A stretch of DNA of 64,000 nucleotides, from contig NIVC01000200.1 of NCBI GenBank assembly GCA_002269645.1, forward strand, positions 1-64,000. The letters run 5' to 3'. This document shows, one piece after another, positions 57,772-64,000 of this stretch. Source of the DNA: Macrostomum lignano. Lineage: Eukaryota. The translations under genes were made by a program, and so were the position numbers. The notes beneath the pieces are model-generated. The model did not search any database. It saw only the letters and a list, made by a program, of their open reading frames with translations, and had not been told where the DNA came from. The number at the start of each line of letters is the position of its first letter. Position 1 is the stretch's first letter.

Positions 57772-59368
57772 TCATTCGTGAGCGTCATCGCTGGCAGCGG
57801 GGGCTGGCTGCTGCTGCTGCTGCTGTTGCTGCTGCCAATTCGGCACGCTTGGTCCGCCAAGCTGCTGCAGATCCTCCCGGGAGAGAAGCAGCCGCTGCAC
57901 CGACTCCACAGCCTGTCGGGTCTTCGCCTGCTCGCCCTCGACGAAGCTGAGCATGTTGACCACCTGGTCCAGTCTGTAAGCGGGACGTCGGTACAGGACT
58001 GTGACTCACTGAGAAATGGGCACTGCGTCTGGGAGGGTGGAGGACCAGTCTGGGATCGATTAAGGTAGGGGATCAGCAAGTGAAGATCTGGGAGGCTGGC
58101 CTAGCAACTGACACTTTGGGAGGCTGGCCCAGCAACTGACACTTTGGGAGGCTGGCCCAGCAACTAACACTCTGGGAGGCTGGCCCAGCAACTAACACTC
58201 TGGGAGGCTGGCCCAGCAACTAACACTCTGGGAGGCTGGCCCAGCAACTGACACTTTGGGAGGCTGGCCCAGCAACTAACACTCTGGGAGGCTGGCCCAG
58301 CAACTAACACTCTGGGAGGCTGGCCCAGCAACTAACACTCTGGGAGGCTGGCCCAGCAACTGATACTTTGGGAGGCTGGCCCAGCAACTGACACTGGGAG
58401 GCTGGCCCAGCAACTGACACTCTGGGAGGCTGGCCCAGCAACTGAGGATCTGGGAGGCTGGCCCAGCAACTGAGGATCTGGTAGGCTGGCCCAGCAACTA
58501 AGGATCTGTGAGGCTGGCCCAGCAACTGAGGATCTTGGAGGCTGGCCCAGCAACTGAGGATCTGGTAGGCTGGCCCAGCAACTAAGGATCTGTGAGGCTG
58601 GCCCAGCAACTGAGGATCTTGGAGGCTGGCCCAGCAACTAAGGATCTGTGAGGCTGGCCCAGCAACTAAGGATCTGCGAGGCTGGCCCAGCAACTGAGGA
58701 TCTGTGAGGCTGGCCTAGCAATTGAGGATCTGGGAGGCTGGCCTAGCAACTGAGGATCTGGGAGGCTGGCCCAGCAACTAAGGATCTGGGAGGCTGGCCC
58801 AGCAACTAAGGATCTGTGAGGCTGACCCAGCAACTAAGGATCTGTGAGGCTGGCCCAACAACTGAGGATTTGGTAGGCTGGCCTAGCAACTAAGGATCTG
58901 TGAGGCTGGCCTAGCAACTAAGGATCTGTGAGGCTGGCCCAGCAACTGAGGATCTGGGAGGCTGGCCCAGCAACTGAGGATCTGGGAGGCTGGCCCAGCA
59001 ACTAACACTCTGGGAAGCTGGCCCAGCAACTGAGGATCTGGGAGGCTGGCTCAGCAACTGAAGATCTTGGAGGCTGGCTCAGAAACTGAGGATCTGGGAG
59101 GCTGGCTCAGAAACTGAGGATCTGAGAGGCTGGCTCAGCAACTGAGGATCTGGGAGGCTGGCTCAGAAAATGAGGATCTGAGTAGGTTCAGAGAGAAACT
59201 GCTTAAACAGGCATTAAACTCGGCCATCATTGCCCATAAACACACTTGCTCTGCAGGTGGGCCAGTTTTTCCCCAGCCTCTCGCTGTGCCACGGCCACAG
59301 TGCAGATCTTGGCAAACAGCTCGTGCACTGTGGGCCCGCCAAGGATTGATGCCAGATTGCGCCAGGAT
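57772..59368 (-). CDS. Putative 3' exons of an unidentified gene (59368-about 59245, 58049-58010, 57973-57772)
   Basis: GC-rich islands with AG/GT borders: SWRNLASILGGPTVHELFAKICTVAVAQREAGEKLAHLQS..; WSSTLPDAVPISQ|LDQVVNMLSFVEGEQAKTRQAVESVQRLL..polyQ..stop. Confidence 0.35.
58086..59180. repeat. 28-bp minisatellite GAGGCTGGCCCAGCAACTGAGGATCTGG / ..CTAACACTCTGG
   Basis: About 39 tandem units in two variant blocks. Confidence 0.95.
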
Positions 59369-62300
59369 CTGCGCAATCGGCGGCGCATTAAGAAAACTAG
59401 AATCGCTAAAGCGCCTGTCCAAAACAGGCTTAAACGAGCTCGCCTTGTCAGAGCCTGGAATATTTGTACGTTTATTTGGGACTTTTAATTGATATTATGC
59501 TACAAAAATTGACATACAGACAATTTCTGCAGTCTAGAAAAAAACTATATAGAGTTGCTGAAATTTCATATCTAATTTTTGTAAGCTTCTGTTGTGCCAT
59601 GCTGCATCCCTATTTTTCTCTCCCTCTCTATGGTTGAGCCCATGAGCCAGTGTGTCAGGCAGCTGTTTCCTACACTATGCTGTGATCTGGCCTACGCTCT
59701 ACCCACTCTCCTTCCATGTTGATTTTGCGCCTAACCCCAGTTTTCTTTCTGTCCTGTGCCTTCTACCCCCCAGAGACTCTTGATTGGCTGGCTGAGGGAG
59801 GGGGTGGGTTTGCTGTGGCTGTCAACTCATCCCCTGTACCTCCTCCCTCTGCTATGCTATTTGAAGTGCACCCTTCGTCCCTTCTCCTAAACCATTTTTC
59901 CACCACGAACCCTCTCTTTTCTTCTCAAGACTGTGCAAAAGCAGTGCTCTACAGTTAAGGTAAATACATTGGACATTGTGGCTAGCAAACCATTGGCTAT
60001 TGTGCACTTCTATGGAACTACTGCAGCATTAGGCAGGACCCAGGCATCTCCTAGCTGGGTGTCTTTCCTTCTAGCTCCTACCATTGGTGACCTAGGGGTT
60101 GCTAATAGCTTTGGACATGATAGGTTTCTAGAGAGTACTAATAAGTGAAGATTAAACTTTATTAAGATCCCTAAGTCATTAAAAAATTAATAAAAAAAAC
60201 AAAAAAAACAAAATATTAAAAAAATTCTATTTATAGGATGACCCTTGCTTGAATTATATTTAAAAAGGCTATAGAAAAATGAATATTTTGTTTTGCTTGA
60301 AGTTCAGAACAAGTTCAGAATAATCAGTAAAAAATATTGATAAAAATGATAGGATGATTGACATTGTATGGTAACAAGTTTAATAATATTTACAAACTAT
60401 ACATAATAGAAAATGTTACATTTTATTTTTTAAGCTAGAATGTTTAAAATGAACAACCTTTACACTCTAATACAAACCCACTATAAAAGAAAATGAATAC
60501 AGACAGAATAACAATAAAAATAGCACAAATAGTTAGCCTATTAGAATTTGAAATGTGTTCCGCAAGTTTGACAAATGAGGTTTTAATCATTGTATCATTT
60601 GCTTTAGGATATTAGCTGAAAGATATTATTATAAGCATATATGATTAAAATGCTAAATTGTTAAGTTTTGACTAAGTCTTATAGTAGCCTGTATATTTAA
60701 ATTTTAAATATAGAATGTTTATAATTATAGTTCATAACAAAGTTTTTAGGTATCTAGGTCTCTAGGTCAAGTCCTAGAAAATGCCAACATTGTAATTACC
60801 ACATATTGTCACTATTATCATTATAGATTAAATTATAAGCTAGAAACACTAGTAGATCTAGGTAGGGGGATCAAAGGGATTGGGCTGGTTGGCTAACTTT
60901 TTTCCAAGAAAATATATCCTATGCCTTAAATAGGGGGGCCTAACAGTAAAAATTTACAAATCAAATCTCTTTGATATTATCTAACAAGATTTTTTAAACT
61001 TAAGCTTAATCAAGCTTTTTTTATAAATATATTTTAGCTCATAGAGCAGCAGCTCTTTCATTGATAGAAAGCATTAGAGCCTATTATTAGCAATAGCAAA
61101 TAGGCCTAGTCACTTAAAAGAATGGCTATTATTATTATTTTAGTGACTATACAAATAGTTGCAACAACTTGTCCTTTATTATTGCTACATCTTTCTAATA
61201 ATGTCAGATGTATATATTACAAGTAAATTTGTTTTTCTAACATACACTTGAATTTATGATATTTTGAAAAAAGCCTAGGTTTCTTTGCCATTTATAGTAG
61301 GCCTAATCTAATCTAGTCAATTTTGCAAAAGACCAAGTATGATAGGCATAACTATTGTTGTTAATTAATACAAATTCATCTCTTGAATATTGTTACATTG
61401 ACAGTGATTGACAAGGATAGAAAGTGATTGCATTTAAAGAATATGCCTATTTGGCAACTATGCTCGGGCTAGGCCTAGTAGGCTAGTATGTGATTAGGCT
61501 GACAGGTCTACTAGCCAAGACTTAGAAATAAATCCAGGAACATAAGAATAGGAGTATGAATAGGAATAGGAATAGGCCTATACTATATCTATATGAAAAA
61601 GCAGCATCTAGACTGTCTAATACATAAGATCTAAGGCATGATAAACAGACATTGTATGATATATCTAGGCCTAGTTTTCAAAGAAAAGAGATCTAACCAA
61701 AAACTAACCAGCAACACGGCCAGACATAATTTGCTTCTTAGAAAAAATCTTCTCGCCCCTATCTCTTTTTGAGATTTCCCAGAACCCAAAATCATAAGGG
61801 CTTTCTAAGAAAAAAGCAGTAGTATATAACAACTTCGTCAACCCTAAAGAAGGTTTTAATGTCAGAATATTTTTACGAAGTCAAGTTTTTCTGCCTTAAT
61901 GATATGCTTCACAAAATATAACTCTATAGTCCTGGAATCAAAATTGACAATGTGAAATTAAGCCCAACCATGTGGAATCTGGAATGCGTCTTATTTATAC
62001 CGATCGCAGGATCGCAGTACGATGCTAAGCAGTCAACTACTGCTCCGTGAAAAGCAACAGCCCCTTCACGCCGGCGAAGAACGTAAAAAGTCGCAAAATT
62101 ATGGCTGGTTGCATGCACCATCGGCCCTTACAGCCCAAGACCAAACCGACCGCGCCGAATCTGACAGCGGAACCTTTCAAGTAGCTGCATATGTACCGTG
62201 CACAGGCTACAGACCACACGGCAAGCAAAGCACCAAAACATGAAATTTCGCAGTAAAACCCAGCAGTTGTACAGCCGCGATCTACACGTGTAGCTGGCTG

Positions 62301-63514
62301 TACGGGCCGGTTGTACGATTTGCTGTACGGGAAATTTTGGAGACGCGGTCCTTGGCCATATATTAGACACACAGACGAAATAATGTACAGATCTAGACAC
62401 GTCAGACGACGTTTCTGACGTCTATACATGTTATTAATGTCGCTGAATAATAAGAAATTTTGCATTACGAGCTTGGCCAACGAATAAACCCAGCTGGGAA
62501 ACGTATAATGTTTAACGGTCGAAACTAGCGGCCATTATGCTCCCTCTGCAAAAGCGGCGTGCATGTACCTGGGCGTAGTCAAGAGGGATAGCTAGGGGAG
62601 CAAATTTGGCAGGTCGCCCCCTCGCCCAGGAAGATGGCCCTAATCGGCCTGCCAACGTACATATATAATTGTGAGTCCGCGACCGGTCATCTTAGTTTTA
62701 TTGGACCGTTAGAAGACTGCCCTGCCAGGAACATTGGTGACTCTTTCAAGGTTCCATAGGCCTTTGGACTCGCAAAACTGTTGTCAAACTGGGGTCAAGG
62801 CTCCAGCTCGCGTTCTCCTTTTATAAGCTTCATCTTTCTCTAGAACAGATAGCAACAAAAGAGCAGGTGCCCATTCCGACATACCGTAAATTATGGTATG
62901 CTCTACCTGCAATTATCTTTTTTCGATAGCCTGGTGCAGTCTGAAAAACTACTTTTTGTCACCGTTTTTAATTTAGACTTCTCTTTTCCTTGTCCTGTCA
63001 ATTTTATCTTTCATCTGCATCCATGCTCTCCCTTATTCGTCCTCCTTCACTTCCTTTCCCTTTTTTCTCTTTGATATAAGAATACCAGCATTTTCATGAC
63101 TTTTTCATGTCATATCACCAGATGTCAAGGTACGGCTGGTACGCTCGCATTCGGCGGCCACCTGACATGCAGATGGGTCAAGGATCGAAGCAAGAGACTG
63201 GTGATTTTTTCTCATTTTTTTTCTGACAACAAATTATCTATCAGTTTTCGGCCTGTTGTTCGCATGAATCTACATGTACAAATGTAGATGTTGGTCCTAA
63301 TCTTCTGTGAATTTTCCCATTGCTTTCAACTTCATCACTGATCTATTGTGTATATTTTAATACTGATTTTGGACTTGGCAGTGCTGAAACTCATCAATCA
63401 TTTTTATTAAAATTGGATGATTTATGGCCACACCTAGTTGTCGCTTTTTGAGGGTTCCAATGGACCTGATGTGATCTCTCGGCTTTTCGTGGGTTTTGTT
63501 CAGCAACTAGCTGC

Positions 63515-63622
63515 TTGGCCAATCAGAAAATTGGGTGCGCATTTTAACAAATTGGCTCAGCCAATCAGAATCGCCGCGTTTAACTAAAACAAATCGCGGA
63601 CCAGTTGTTTCCTATTTAAACC
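63515..63622 (+). promoter_or_regulatory. Core-promoter-like arrangement: two GCCAATCAG boxes and TATTTAAA
   Basis: CCAAT boxes at about 63518 and 63560; TATTTAAA at about 63613. Confidence 0.35.
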
Positions 63623-63731
63623 GCTGATTTTACTGCTCGGAACTCGACCTAGCTCGTACTGGCTGGCCGTAATCACAATCTTCTGCTTGAAGACTGCTCT
63701 GGGAACTCCATGTCTCGCCCTCTCCAACTGT

Positions 63732-63810
63732 CAAAATGAGTGTCTGCGGCGCCAAAATGAGTGTCTGCGGCGCCAAAATGAGTGTTTGCGGCGCCAAAAT
63801 GAGTGTCTGC
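63732..63810 (+). repeat. 21-bp tandem repeat CAAAATGAGTGTCTGCGGCGC, about 3.7 copies
   Basis: Seen directly. Confidence 0.9.
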
Positions 63811-64000
63811 CTGCAATTCTCAAAATAATGTGCATGTAGGAATTTGTCACATACATGTAGAATTCATCCCCACAATACTTGTAAAACCCATGGCGACGCC
63901 CCTGAAGTCTTGTGCTTTTTTATGTGGTCCCGTTTTCAGTAAGAATGATTGGGCATTGCACTTTACTTGATTGCTTTTTATGTACTCAACTTTTCGAGGC

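Noticed and set aside
58276-58693. Repetitive ORFs in the 28-bp minisatellite
   Set aside because: Frame rotation of a 28-bp unit; non-coding.

Overview
Eukaryotic (invertebrate, probably flatworm-like; inferred, not tested) repeat-rich genomic DNA. No rRNA, tRNA or CRISPR array was recognised. Retroelements: two head-to-tail Loa/R1-type LINEs (APE-RT-RNase H) with 12-bp TSDs. A minus-strand Ingi/L1Tc-like LINE whose first 115 nt fold as an HDV-like ribozyme, followed by an AUG-less frame running into a 2A-like motif, two PHD fingers, APE, RT and RNase H. A 2.37-kb LTR element with identical LTRs that encodes only Gag-protease fused to a degenerate integrase N-terminus. Host-like genes: a tandemly duplicated compact gene for a secreted 6-Cys peptide, two intact 3-exon rhodopsin-like GPCR paralogues plus an inverted pseudogene, and an orphan KDM3-like JmjC pseudo-exon. 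Also present: TTAA-bounded foldback elements built from 151-bp units, several satellites and minisatellites, and decayed Tc1, mariner, piggyBac, Gypsy, RTE and Penelope remnants. Family assignments rest on motifs recalled from memory; no database search was run. Scattered 1-bp indels may be assembly errors.
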